Positions 53,934-64,000 of a stretch of 64,000 bases of DNA are shown one piece after another. Each line of letters begins with the position of its first letter. Position 1 is the stretch's first letter. Both the position numbers and the translations under genes were made by a program. Source of the stretch: an uncultured Anaerolineales bacterium (GTDB lineage Bacteria; Chloroflexota; Anaerolineae; Anaerolineales; E44-bin32); the NCBI GenBank assembly GCA_965603565.1, contig CBFDDM010000001.1:7299-71298 (forward strand), written 5' to 3'. The notes below the pieces were generated by a model. The model did not search any database, was not told the origin of the DNA, and saw only the letters and a list, made by a program, of their open reading frames with translations.

Positions 53934-55538
53934 ATGCGCCGTTGGAATGGATGGGGCGATGAAGCGGTTGTCTATCCGCTGTCCGAATCCGCCCTGACCT
54001 ACTTGAGGGCTAAGGTCGGCGCCGGCGTTCGGCGTGAGGCCGCAGATTTTGACGTCCTCGCCTCCAGTCTGCCCCTTACGCGCTTACCCTCTCACGAACT
54101 AGTCAACAGTGATCCAGGCTTGCGATTAAGACATTCTCGCGGCCAGAGCCTTCCGGATTGGATTGAGCTGCGCAGTGGCAAACTCGGTCCGGTCCCCGAC
54201 GCGGTTTCTTTCCCCGAATCGGCGGAGGATGTCCGCACTCTTCTGGGATACGCGCGCGGTCAGCGTGTCCAATTGATCCCTTATGGCGGTGGCACAAGTG
54301 TCGTCGGGCACATAAATCCGCTGGGGGAGTTTGGCCCGGCTCTGACCGTTAGTCTGCGCAGGATGAACCAGTTGCTCGATCTGGATACCGAGAGCCATCT
54401 CGCGACGTTTGGCGCCGGTGTCAATGGCCCCGAGATCGAAGCCCAGCTGAGCGAAATGGGTTTTACGCTCGGCCATTTTCCACAGTCCTGGGAATATTCC
54501 ACGCTTGGCGGATGGATCGCCACCCGCTCGAGCGGTCAGCAATCCTACTTCTACGGTCGCATTGAGGACATGTTCCGAAGTGCCTCGATCGAAACCCCCA
54601 CCGGTCCGCTGTCCATTCCCGCCACCCCTGCCAGCGCGGCTGGGCCCGATCTCCGCCAGGCAATTTTGGGTTCCGAGGGCCGGTTGGGGTTGATCACCCG
54701 CGCTACCGTGCGTGTCCGTCCCAAGCCAGAGACCGAGCAATTTCATGGTGCCTTCTTCCCCGATTGGCAGGCTGGCATCGCCGCTGCTCGCGCGATCGCC
54801 CAGGAGCGTGTTCCGCTCTCTATGCTGAGGTTGAGCGATCCGCAGGAGACCGAGACCACCCTCGCACTTGCTGGTCATGATCGCCTGGTCAGTCTGGCTG
54901 ACTGGGGCCTGAAAATCTTTGGTATCGGCACCGACCGCTGCCTGATGATCTACGGTTTAACTGGCAGCCTAGCCGGGATTCGAGCGACCCATGCCCGAGC
55001 CAAAGCGCTCCTGCGCTCGCATGGAGGCCTGCCAACCGGTCAGTACATTGGCCGCACGTGGGAAAAGTCGCGCTTCCGGTCGCCTTACCTGCGCAATACA
55101 CTGTGGGAAGAAGGTTATGCGCTCGACACACTCGAATCCGCCGTGCCATGGGAAAATTTTGAGAGACTAAGAAACGCCGTGCTTTCGGTGATGAGGCGCA
55201 CATTCGAAGATCGAAACATCCCGGCGTTAATCTTTTCCCACCTATCACACATCTACGAGGATGGTGTCAGCTTCTATGTGACCTACCTGTACCCCCGCCA
55301 ACCAGAGCCCGAACTCACCCTCGATATCTGGAAGGCAGTCAAACATGCCGCGAGCGAGGCGATCGTCACGATGGAAGGCACGATCAGCCACCAGCATGGC
55401 GTTGGGCTTGATCATCGCCGCTATCTCGATGCCGAGAAAAGCCAGGTCGGCATGGACATGTTGCGCCTAATGCTTCAAGCTTGTGACCCGGATCAAATCC
55501 TGAATCCCGGTAAGCTTCTCTGCGAGGATAAGGCATAA
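53934..55538 (+). CDS. FAD-linked oxidase, alkyl-DHAP-synthase (AGPS)-like
   Basis: MRRWNGWGDE N-terminus. PYGGGTSVVG FAD-binding PCMH motif. C-terminal HQHGVG. Confidence 0.8.
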   Translation: MRRWNGWGDEAVVYPLSESALTYLRAKVGAGVRREAADFDVLASSLPLTRLPSHELVNSDPGLRLRHSRGQSLPDWIELRSGKLGPVPDAVSFPESAEDVRTLLGYARGQRVQLIPYGGGTSVVGHINPLGEFGPALTVSLRRMNQLLDLDTESHLATFGAGVNGPEIEAQLSEMGFTLGHFPQSWEYSTLGGWIATRSSGQQSYFYGRIEDMFRSASIETPTGPLSIPATPASAAGPDLRQAILGSEGRLGLITRATVRVRPKPETEQFHGAFFPDWQAGIAAARAIAQERVPLSMLRLSDPQETETTLALAGHDRLVSLADWGLKIFGIGTDRCLMIYGLTGSLAGIRATHARAKALLRSHGGLPTGQYIGRTWEKSRFRSPYLRNTLWEEGYALDTLESAVPWENFERLRNAVLSVMRRTFEDRNIPALIFSHLSHIYEDGVSFYVTYLYPRQPEPELTLDIWKAVKHAASEAIVTMEGTISHQHGVGLDHRRYLDAEKSQVGMDMLRLMLQACDPDQILNPGKLLCEDKA

Positions 55539-57158
55539 ATGTGGAACACTGATTGGCGTGATCGCGTTTGGGATCGACTGGCCGAGCCCTGGGATATCTT
55601 GGTCGTCGGTGGCGGAATAACCGGCGCGGGCATCCTGCGCGAGGCGGCACGTGCTGGCTTGCGTACCCTGCTCGTTGAAAGCGGCGATTTCGCCTCAGGC
55701 ACTTCCAGCCGATCATCCAAACTTGTCCATGGCGGTCTGCGCTACTTGCGCGACGCAAAACTGCGCCTTACGCTCGTCTCCGTTCAGGAGCGCGAAACAC
55801 TGCTTAACCAGGGCCGTGGCCTGGTCACCCCGCTTGGCTTTCTGCTCGCCAACTTTGAACGCGACAAAATACCCGCCTGGGTCTTCGGCATGGGCTTGAT
55901 ACTCTATGACCTGATGGGATTGCAGTGGGGACATCAGCACTATGGACCCGAGGATTTGAGAGAGCTCTGCCCGCAATTGAGCGACAATCAACTGACCGGG
56001 GGGTTCCGCTATTTTGACGCTCAGACCGATGATGCCCGACTCACGCTGCGGGTCATCAGAGAGGCTGTCACCGATGGGGGGCTCGCGCTCAACTACGCCC
56101 ATGCGCACGGGCTGCTCAAGGATCGCTCCGGCAAAGTGTGCGGCGTCCAGATCGTCGATCGAGCTCCCGGCGCTGAACGTCGCAGCGCTGAGGTTCAAGC
56201 TCAGGTCGTGATCAACGCTACCGGCGCCTGGGCGGATGATCTGCGTCAGCAGGTTGGGGCTTCAGCGCGCATGCGCAAGCTGCGCGGCAGTCACCTCGTT
56301 TTTAATTGGGAGAAACTGCCTATAAATCGCGCCGTGACTTTCCTCCATCCTCAAGACGGTCGACCGGTTTTTGCAATCCCCTGGGAAGGCGTCACGCTGT
56401 TCGGCACGACCGATGTCGATCAATCAAATACGCTTCAGCTCGAGCCGCGCATCAGTCCAGGAGAGGTCGATTACCTGCTCTCGGGGATGAGAGAAGTCTT
56501 CCCAGATGCCGATCTGACAGAAAACGATGTACGGGTGACCTTTGCCGGTGTGCGCGGCGTTGTTGACACGGGCAAGCAAGATCCTTCGAAAGAATCGCGC
56601 GAACATGTGCTCTGGCAGGAGAACGGTCTGGTCACCGTCACTGGCGGCAAACTGACCACCTTTCGGGTGATGGCGCGTGACACGCTGCGCTCCATTCGCC
56701 GCCGCTTGCCAGAGGAGGACAAAACCCAAATAGATGATCACATCCTTGATCCGGTTCCGTCCGAGCGATGCATGCCTACTGCCCTTGATGGAGCCACTTG
56801 CCAACGGCTGCTGGGTCGCTATGGAAGGGAAACGCCCGCGCTGCTTGCCCATGCAAAAAGCGAAGATTTTGAGAGGATCGGCAGTGGCCCGTACACCTGG
56901 GTCGAACTCCGTTTTGCAGCCCGTGAGGAGGGAGTGGTGCGGCTCGACGATCTCCTTCTGCGCCGCGTGCGCCTGGGCCTCACCCTCCCCAACGGCGCGC
57001 TTCAACGAATCGACCGCATACGTTCCGTCGCCCAACCCGAGCTCGGTTGGAGTGACGAACGCTGGAATCTCGAAGTCGAACGCTACCAGCATAAGTGGGA
57101 CTCCGCTTACCGGTTGACTGAAGGACAGCCATCAAGAAAACACACCGACAAGCCATGA
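55539..57158 (+). CDS. glpD: FAD-dependent glycerol-3-phosphate dehydrogenase/oxidase (GlpD-like)
   Basis: DILVVGGGITGAGI...ASGTSSRSSKLVHGGLRYL. ATG immediately follows the upstream TAA. Confidence 0.85.
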   Translation: MWNTDWRDRVWDRLAEPWDILVVGGGITGAGILREAARAGLRTLLVESGDFASGTSSRSSKLVHGGLRYLRDAKLRLTLVSVQERETLLNQGRGLVTPLGFLLANFERDKIPAWVFGMGLILYDLMGLQWGHQHYGPEDLRELCPQLSDNQLTGGFRYFDAQTDDARLTLRVIREAVTDGGLALNYAHAHGLLKDRSGKVCGVQIVDRAPGAERRSAEVQAQVVINATGAWADDLRQQVGASARMRKLRGSHLVFNWEKLPINRAVTFLHPQDGRPVFAIPWEGVTLFGTTDVDQSNTLQLEPRISPGEVDYLLSGMREVFPDADLTENDVRVTFAGVRGVVDTGKQDPSKESREHVLWQENGLVTVTGGKLTTFRVMARDTLRSIRRRLPEEDKTQIDDHILDPVPSERCMPTALDGATCQRLLGRYGRETPALLAHAKSEDFERIGSGPYTWVELRFAAREEGVVRLDDLLLRRVRLGLTLPNGALQRIDRIRSVAQPELGWSDERWNLEVERYQHKWDSAYRLTEGQPSRKHTDKP

Positions 57159-57162
57159 CCGC

Positions 57163-58065
57163 ATGAAAGCCTTCTATTCGGACACGTTTGATTTCCCGCT
57201 CCCTGAAAATCACCGCTTTCCGATGCGCAAATATTCACGTCTGCGCGAGCGTGTGGTCTCTGAGGGAATCGTTGGCTCACAGGATCTGCTTGTCCCTCTC
57301 GGAGCAACCGATGCCCAGCTTATGCGAGCACACACGCGCAACTACTTGCGGCGTGTGGTGGACGGCAGATTGACATCGAAAGAAGTCCGTCGCATTGGTT
57401 TTCCCTGGTCTCCTGAGCTTGTCGAGCGCTCGCGCCGATCCGTGGGAGGCTCAATCGCCGCCAGCCAAGCGGCATTCGAAGATGGCCTTGGCGCCAACCT
57501 AGCCGGCGGGACTCACCATGCCCACGCGGATTGGGGTTCCGGATTCTGCGTTTTTAACGATGTGGCTGTCGCCGCGTTGGACCTGCTTGAGACGGGCAAA
57601 TCCAAATCGATTGTGATTATTGATTGCGATGTACACCAGGGAGACGGCACAGCGGCCATATTTGCACATGATTCGCGCGTGTACACATTCTCTATTCACG
57701 GCGCCAGCAACTTCCCCTTCCGAAAAACAACCAGCGACCTGGACATCGCCCTTCCCGATCGCACCGGTGACGGAGAGTACCTGCAGGCGCTTGAATCGGG
57801 TTTGAGGCAGGCGCTGGTAGACTCAAATGCGTCTTTCGCTTTTTACCTCGCCGGTGCCGATCCGTATTGTGCCGATTCGTTTGGGCGGCTCTCGCTCACC
57901 AAGAATGGCTTGAAGCAGCGCGATCAAATGGTCTTCGAATATTGCCACCGTGAAGGCTTGCCGGTGGCGGTCGTCATGGCCGGAGGCTACGCCCCGCACA
58001 TCGAGGATATTGTCGACATCCATCTAGAGACGATCCGGAAGGCTGCCCGCTATTCGCTCGGTTAG
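57163..58065 (+). CDS. histone deacetylase-family (arginase-fold) deacetylase
   Basis: GGTHHAHADWGSGFCVFND, DCDVHQGDG, GADPY motifs. Starts 4 nt after the glpD stop. Confidence 0.85.
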   Translation: MKAFYSDTFDFPLPENHRFPMRKYSRLRERVVSEGIVGSQDLLVPLGATDAQLMRAHTRNYLRRVVDGRLTSKEVRRIGFPWSPELVERSRRSVGGSIAASQAAFEDGLGANLAGGTHHAHADWGSGFCVFNDVAVAALDLLETGKSKSIVIIDCDVHQGDGTAAIFAHDSRVYTFSIHGASNFPFRKTTSDLDIALPDRTGDGEYLQALESGLRQALVDSNASFAFYLAGADPYCADSFGRLSLTKNGLKQRDQMVFEYCHREGLPVAVVMAGGYAPHIEDIVDIHLETIRKAARYSLG

Positions 58066-58138
58066 ATCTTCAAGAGCTTTATCGAAGCTCCTGTTTATTA
58101 CTCCCAATCCTAACCCCCCAGATGATAGAATCGGCGGC

Positions 58139-59533
58139 ATGATTAAGATTCGACACAAACGGCTTGTTGACTCTGCTTTCGTCCTCGCGGTCGCTTTCGC
58201 TTTGTACGCGTGCGCTGGTGCAGGCGCGCCATCCCCAACCGTCACTCTTCAGCCAACCCCGACAGCGACAGCTTCGCCAGATCCAGGCTCCCCTACGGTG
58301 CCCTCTCCTGGCACAGAATCTGAGGCTGCATGTCTCCTGGTCAACGCGGATATCCGGGCTACGATGCGGCAACTCGAGGGACAGGTCGTCCAGTTGCGTG
58401 GGTTGCAGCCGACGCACGATGTCGATCGCGACTTATTGACCCCCGAGCAGCTGCGCGAACGAGTGGAGCAGGACTTTCTCGGCGATTACTCTCAAGAGGA
58501 GGCCCGCCGAGATGCGCGCTTACTCTCAATGTTCGGTCTCGTCCAGCCTGACCTCGACCTCCACGAACTATATGTTGAACTGCTTAGCGAGCAGGTAGCG
58601 GGCTTCTACGACAGTCAAGATGAGGAGATGCTCGTGGTCTGTGGAACGGGATTCGGTGGGCTGGAGATTTTCACTTATGTTCATGAGTACGTCCATGCGC
58701 TGCAGGATCAAACCTACGACCTTGAGGCCGGCTTGAACTTCAGCGAGGAAGCTTGCGATCTCGATGGTGAACGCTGCTATGCGCTGCGCGCGCTCATCGA
58801 AGGCGATGCCTCCCTGCTCCAGGAACAGTGGCTGCGCACCTACGCAGATGATGAGATTCTGGAATCCCTTCTGGTTTCCTTGGGTTCGCTCGATTCTGCG
58901 GTGCTCGAATCCGCCCCTGATTACATTCAGGCCGAGTTGACATTCCCTTATCTGGCAGGATTGTCTTTTGCGCGCTCGCTCTACCTCGATGGTGGCTGGG
59001 CGGCTGTCGACGCCGCATTCCAAAACCCTCCCGTTTCGACAGAACAAATCATACATCCGGAACGCTACCCGCGTGATAAACCCATACGCCTGAGCCCTCC
59101 AGCAAACCTGGCTGGGCTGCAGGATGAGTGGGATCTGACCTTGCAAGATTCGCTTGGTGAGTGGGCGACCCAGCAGATCTTGCTCAACCACTTGCCTGGA
59201 GAGGCTGCTCGACAAGCAGCCGGTGGATGGGGCGGGGATCTGGTGTTTTTGCTCGAGGATGATTCCGGCGATCGGGCTGCTCTCGTGTTGGTCACACAGT
59301 GGGACACGATGCGTGACGCCCACGAATTCTCGACCGAGTTCTTCGAGTACGCCGAGCAGCGTTTTGGCGAACCCGCACACCGCGATCTGGCAGAAGCGAC
59401 CTGGGCCTTCGACGGTGGAGTAAGCCATTTCATACGCCAATCCAATCAAACGCGCTGGATCATCGCCCCTGATGGCGAGGCGCTTTCCTTGCTCCAATCC
59501 GCTTTCGGCTTTCCGCTGGCTATCGCGCCGTGA
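58139..59533 (+). CDS. hypothetical lipoprotein with HExxH zinc-metalloprotease motif
   Basis: LYACAG lipobox. VHEYVHALQD (HExxH) followed by EGDA. No family name recognised. Confidence 0.6.
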   Translation: MIKIRHKRLVDSAFVLAVAFALYACAGAGAPSPTVTLQPTPTATASPDPGSPTVPSPGTESEAACLLVNADIRATMRQLEGQVVQLRGLQPTHDVDRDLLTPEQLRERVEQDFLGDYSQEEARRDARLLSMFGLVQPDLDLHELYVELLSEQVAGFYDSQDEEMLVVCGTGFGGLEIFTYVHEYVHALQDQTYDLEAGLNFSEEACDLDGERCYALRALIEGDASLLQEQWLRTYADDEILESLLVSLGSLDSAVLESAPDYIQAELTFPYLAGLSFARSLYLDGGWAAVDAAFQNPPVSTEQIIHPERYPRDKPIRLSPPANLAGLQDEWDLTLQDSLGEWATQQILLNHLPGEAARQAAGGWGGDLVFLLEDDSGDRAALVLVTQWDTMRDAHEFSTEFFEYAEQRFGEPAHRDLAEATWAFDGGVSHFIRQSNQTRWIIAPDGEALSLLQSAFGFPLAIAP

Positions 59534-60222
59534 CAGATTCGTTTGATCGGGCGCGTGTCGGGGCAATTTGCTTCGACATCGATGGCACGCTGGCCGACAC
59601 CGATGATGCCTACGTGCTGCGCGTGGCGCGCTGGCTGCAGCCACTGGCTCCGTTTCTGCCTGAGCGTGACGTGAGTGCTGCCGCGCGGCGCTGGGTGCTG
59701 CGGGCCGAATCCCCTGTAAATGCGCTGCTTGCGTTGTTAGATCACCTGCATCTCGATCAGATCCTCGGTGCAGGCCTCGACCACCTGCATGCCATGCGCG
59801 GTGCATCCGCGCACAGCTCAATTGAACTGATTCCCGGAGCCCGACAAGCACTAGAGCGGCTGGCAGAACACTACCCGCTCGGGGTGGTTACCGCTCGAGA
59901 GCGGTCCAGCGCACTCGAGATCATCCACGCCCATGACATTCAATCTTTTTTCAAGTGCGTAGCTACTGCCCGAACGACACTGCGCGCCAAGCCTCATCCC
60001 GCGCCGGTGCTCTGGGCCGCAGACCAACTAGGTTTTCCTGCCTCGGAGATTCTCATGGTCGGCGATACCGCCGTCGACATCCGCGCCGGGAACGCGGCTG
60101 GAGCCCAAACCGCAGCTTTACTTTGTGGCTTTGGCGAGCGCGATGAACTGAAGAGCGCTGGAGCGGACGTCGTCCTGGAAGGGCCCCTCGAGTTGGCGGA
60201 CCTGCTGCTTCGATCGCGCTGA
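59530..60222 (+). CDS. HAD-superfamily hydrolase (phosphoglycolate phosphatase-like)
   Basis: ICFDIDGTLADTD motif I, VVTAR motif II, VGDTAVDIRAG motif IV. The GTG start overlaps the upstream TGA. Confidence 0.8.
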   Translation: MTDSFDRARVGAICFDIDGTLADTDDAYVLRVARWLQPLAPFLPERDVSAAARRWVLRAESPVNALLALLDHLHLDQILGAGLDHLHAMRGASAHSSIELIPGARQALERLAEHYPLGVVTARERSSALEIIHAHDIQSFFKCVATARTTLRAKPHPAPVLWAADQLGFPASEILMVGDTAVDIRAGNAAGAQTAALLCGFGERDELKSAGADVVLEGPLELADLLLRSR

Positions 60223-60285
60223 TCACCGCCGACTCTAAATCTCTTACCTTTTTCCGGTTCCGGCTGTGTAAATCGCGCTTGATGA

Positions 60286-61740
<1,455 letters not shown>

Positions 61741-61763
61741 CAGCCATCAACGTCAGGAATAAA

Positions 61764-61792
61764 AGGGCGGGGTAACCCCTCCCCTGTTTTGT
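61764..61792 (+). terminator. intrinsic terminator after the beta-eliminating lyase gene
   Basis: AGGGCGGGG-TAA-CCCCTCCCT (one mismatch) followed by GTTTTGTT. Confidence 0.65.
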
Positions 61793-61809
61793 TCATTCAT
61801 AGGAGATCA

Positions 61810-63057
61810 TCAGGACTCTTCGCTGTCGATCTGTTCGCCATGCGGTGGCTCCAGATCTTCAAGTGCCTCGAGCACGCGTTCCCGCAGCGGTTGTTTCTGC
61901 GGCCGTTTTCTCCCCAGGTTGCGCAGCCTGGCGATAACTGTTTCGCTGACGACTTTTGAGATTTGCCGCATCGCCTCAGGGGATAACTTTACGCCGCGCT
62001 CAAACCAAATCATCGCGGCATAGCCGATGGCGACCGTCGTCCCGGCAGCGACCGCGGCGGAAACCAGCCAGCCTGGTGGGCCTCCCAGTTTAACCAATTC
62101 GTAAAACAGCATTCTTCCCAACAGACCGATGCCAAAAGCGGCGATCAACTCCCGGGCCCGTGACAGAGTCATCTTTTGATCATATGTGCGCGCGATGCCC
62201 AATACCAATGATGCCTGAATCCCAACCAGTGGGATGAAATCCAGGAAGGGTAATGGGGTGATAGCAACGGCGGCAGCTGTCGATGCAGCTCTACCAATCT
62301 GGACCTGCGCTAAATTCCAGCGATATTCTGGAAGGGCTGCCCCGAGGGCTGCGATGATAGCAGGCTCGCTGCGTGCTATCGAGGTAAGCACCGCTGCGAC
62401 TCCTCCTCCCTCCTTCGCACTCAACGGAACGATCTCTTCGACGTTCACGCCCAGCACTGCGGCCGCTTTTCCGAGAACCCCTGGCTTTTCCGAGCCGATA
62501 AGATCCATTTTATTGAGGGCCACGATCGTCGGTTTCTGCAACCCTCTCAAGGAATCAAACAAATCCTGCTCTGGCGCTCGAATGCCATGCGTGGCGTCAA
62601 ACATAGCCACAATCACATCCGCATCCCTCGCCGAATTGATCGCTTTCTCCCTTTCTTGTTCGCCGACCGCTCCCACCGCATCGGCACCAGGGGTGTCGAT
62701 GACCGTGAAGATACCAACGTCAGACCGCTGAGATTTGCGCGTCGTGCCCGGGACTGCACTGACCTGCGCTCGATCTTTCTTCTTTATGATCAGCTGATTG
62801 TAAAACGTTGACTTGCCTACATTGGCTGGCCCGACAATCGCAACGCTCTTCTTGTCTCCTGCCGCAAAGCGGACATGCTCTCCAGCCTGCCTGAGCAGGT
62901 TCCGCCATCCGCTTGGATCCCCCGGAAGTTGTTTGAGGGTTTGCTGAAGATCTTTGCGCAGGTCATCAGGCAGAGAATCCCAGACGGCACGAATTTCCTG
63001 CTCCCATTCGCCAATTTGGTCTCCTTCTCTTTTCGGAACTTTCTTCTTCCGATCCAT
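61810..63057 (-). CDS. GTP-binding protein with C-terminal DUF697-like membrane domain (YcjF/YdjA-like)
   Basis: G1 GPANVGKST, G3 DTPG, G4 NKMD, then hydrophobic helices. Confidence 0.75.
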   Translation of the reverse strand: MDRKKKVPKREGDQIGEWEQEIRAVWDSLPDDLRKDLQQTLKQLPGDPSGWRNLLRQAGEHVRFAAGDKKSVAIVGPANVGKSTFYNQLIIKKKDRAQVSAVPGTTRKSQRSDVGIFTVIDTPGADAVGAVGEQEREKAINSARDADVIVAMFDATHGIRAPEQDLFDSLRGLQKPTIVALNKMDLIGSEKPGVLGKAAAVLGVNVEEIVPLSAKEGGGVAAVLTSIARSEPAIIAALGAALPEYRWNLAQVQIGRAASTAAAVAITPLPFLDFIPLVGIQASLVLGIARTYDQKMTLSRARELIAAFGIGLLGRMLFYELVKLGGPPGWLVSAAVAAGTTVAIGYAAMIWFERGVKLSPEAMRQISKVVSETVIARLRNLGRKRPQKQPLRERVLEALEDLEPPHGEQIDSEES

Positions 63058-63092
63058 TTCTTACCTCATAGGCCCTTTTTTTCACGCATTCC

Positions 63093-63434
63093 TGTGGATA
63101 ACCGCTTAGTATCTGTGGATAATCGCTCTAAATTGGGGAAAACCTTAGATTACCTATTACTCCTTCTCCCCCACATATAGGGTCCTTATATTAAGCATCC
63201 CCATATATTGGGTTACTGGGTTTTCTTTAACTCAATATATCATCTGCGTCCACCCCAAACTGACAGCGGCTTGTGGACAATATCGATTGAAGAAACCCCC
63301 ACGGGTAGCGAAAGCCGATCTAGCCTACCCTCCATCTGGTGTAAGGCTAGGGAAATCTTCTCAACAATCCCCATTTCCACAGACCCTACTATTACTTCTA
63401 CATAATTAATACTTTAAACATAAGATGGGGATAA
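63093..63434. promoter_or_regulatory. cluster of DnaA-box-like 9-mers in a 468-bp AT-rich gap
   Basis: TGTGGATAA at 63093..63101 and 63114..63122 (both perfect reverse complements of TTATCCACA, 21 bp apart). TGTGGACAA at 63272..63280, TGGGGATAA at 63426..63434 (1 mismatch each). ATTTCCACA at 63373..63381 (2 mismatches). Confidence 0.5.
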
Positions 63435-63444
63435 GACTCGAAAG

Positions 63445-63495
63445 AGCAAAAAGCACAGAAAGTCCCCCGATCACATTTTGAGAACAGGGGACTTT
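63445..63495 (-). terminator. terminator-like hairpin after the glutamate dehydrogenase gene
   Basis: Minus strand: AAAGTCCCC-(19-nt loop)-GGGGACTTT followed by CTGTGCTTTTTGCTCTTT. Confidence 0.5.
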
Positions 63496-63525
63496 GAAAT
63501 CATCCATAGCTTTTAGGGTTGCTAG

Positions 63526-64000
63526 TTAGATCCATCCTCGGAATTGCATTGCCCGGACGACACTGTCGATGGCGACGATGTAGGCTGCATCCCTCATCGA
63601 AGAGTCGTGTTCTTTGGATGTATCCAGAACAGCTTTGAAAGCCTGGGTCATCTTTTCATCAAGGCGCTTAAGGACCTCTTCACCGGTCCAATAGAAGTTC
63701 ATGTTGTTTTGAACGCCCTCAAAATAAGAGACCGTCACGCCGCCTGCGTTGCATAAGAAGTCGGGGATGACAAATACGCCGCGATCAAGCAGCTGTCCTT
63801 CAGCCTCGGGAGTCGTCGGTCCGTTGGCTCCCTCGGCGATGACTTTAACCTTGGCGCTGACCTCGCCGACATTTTCGTCTGTAATCTGCGCTTCGAGAGC
63901 GGAGGGAATCAATATCTCAACATCTTTGCTGATCCAGGCGTCTCCGTCCTCTACGAGATAGTCGGCATCTTCAGCCTGTTTACGGTTAATGGACCCGTAG
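63526..64000 (-). CDS. Glu/Leu/Phe/Val dehydrogenase (glutamate dehydrogenase-like), C-terminal part; N-terminus outside the window
   Basis: ...EGANGPTTPEA...L..RGV.VIPD.L.NAGGV.VSYFE.VQN... The frame stays open to position 64000. Confidence 0.85.
   Translation of the reverse strand, partial: YGSINRKQAEDADYLVEDGDAWISKDVEILIPSALEAQITDENVGEVSAKVKVIAEGANGPTTPEAEGQLLDRGVFVIPDFLCNAGGVTVSYFEGVQNNMNFYWTGEEVLKRLDEKMTQAFKAVLDTSKEHDSSMRDAAYIVAIDSVVRAMQFRGWI

Noticed and set aside
58568-59851. 427-aa ORF antisense to the HExxH lipoprotein and HAD hydrolase genes
   Set aside because: It spans two well-supported sense genes. It is Arg-rich with no recognisable domain, so it is a GC artefact.
63300-63352. 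Interleaved complementary segments (GGGTAG...CTAGCC-TACCC...GGCTAG) suggesting an H-type pseudoknot
   Set aside because: The stems are only 6-7 bp with no covariation evidence. I see no match to any riboswitch I know, and there is no downstream plus-strand gene. It may be chance within the AT-rich gap.

Overview
This is a densely coding, high-GC chromosomal segment. By hand I count about 67 protein-coding genes. I recognised no rRNA, tRNA, CRISPR array, transposase or integrase. Gene content suggests a Chloroflexota-like organism, but that is inference only: a CSLREA/beta-helix surface protein, a Ycf45-like R3H AAA ATPase, an F420-type LLM oxidoreductase, PdxST, and many lipobox-type signal peptides.

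Housekeeping genes: pdxS/pdxT, tmk, gmk, lipA, xth, a ferredoxin-NADP reductase, an HtrA protease, GlpD, and the end of a glutamate dehydrogenase gene.

The most distinctive content is metal and redox related.
(1) A ~10-kb metal-uptake block (26.9-37.1 kb) holds two Feo systems, one of them with FeoB split into separate G-domain and membrane genes. It also holds three DtxR-family paralogs, one with an N-terminal TM anchor and two FeoA domains, plus a TrmB-ZIP operon. Recognisable iron-box operators and a perfect CRP-type site (TGTGA-N6-TCACA) sit in front of these operons.
(2) A compact operon running from promoter to hairpin (48.05-51.04 kb) encodes a Tat-exported two-domain multicopper oxidase, a ZIP permease with an extra N-terminal domain, and a cytochrome c. 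It converges on a CcdA-TlpA-DUF3179 (CPLC motif) thiol-redox operon. I rate this pair as the best candidate for an undescribed extracytoplasmic oxidase-coupled metal handling system.

Other points worth a second look:
- an SF2/DUF1998 (MrfA/YprA-like) helicase carrying an embedded HNH nuclease motif
- a NimA-like flavoprotein inserted between pdxS and pdxT, whose GTG start sits at the centre of a perfect 32-bp palindrome
- an AGPS-like flavoenzyme, GlpD and deacetylase trio
- a DnaA-box cluster in a 468-bp AT-rich gap near the right end

All motif coordinates were counted by hand and may be off by 1-2 nt. No database searches were run, so family assignments rest on motifs I recognise in the translations.
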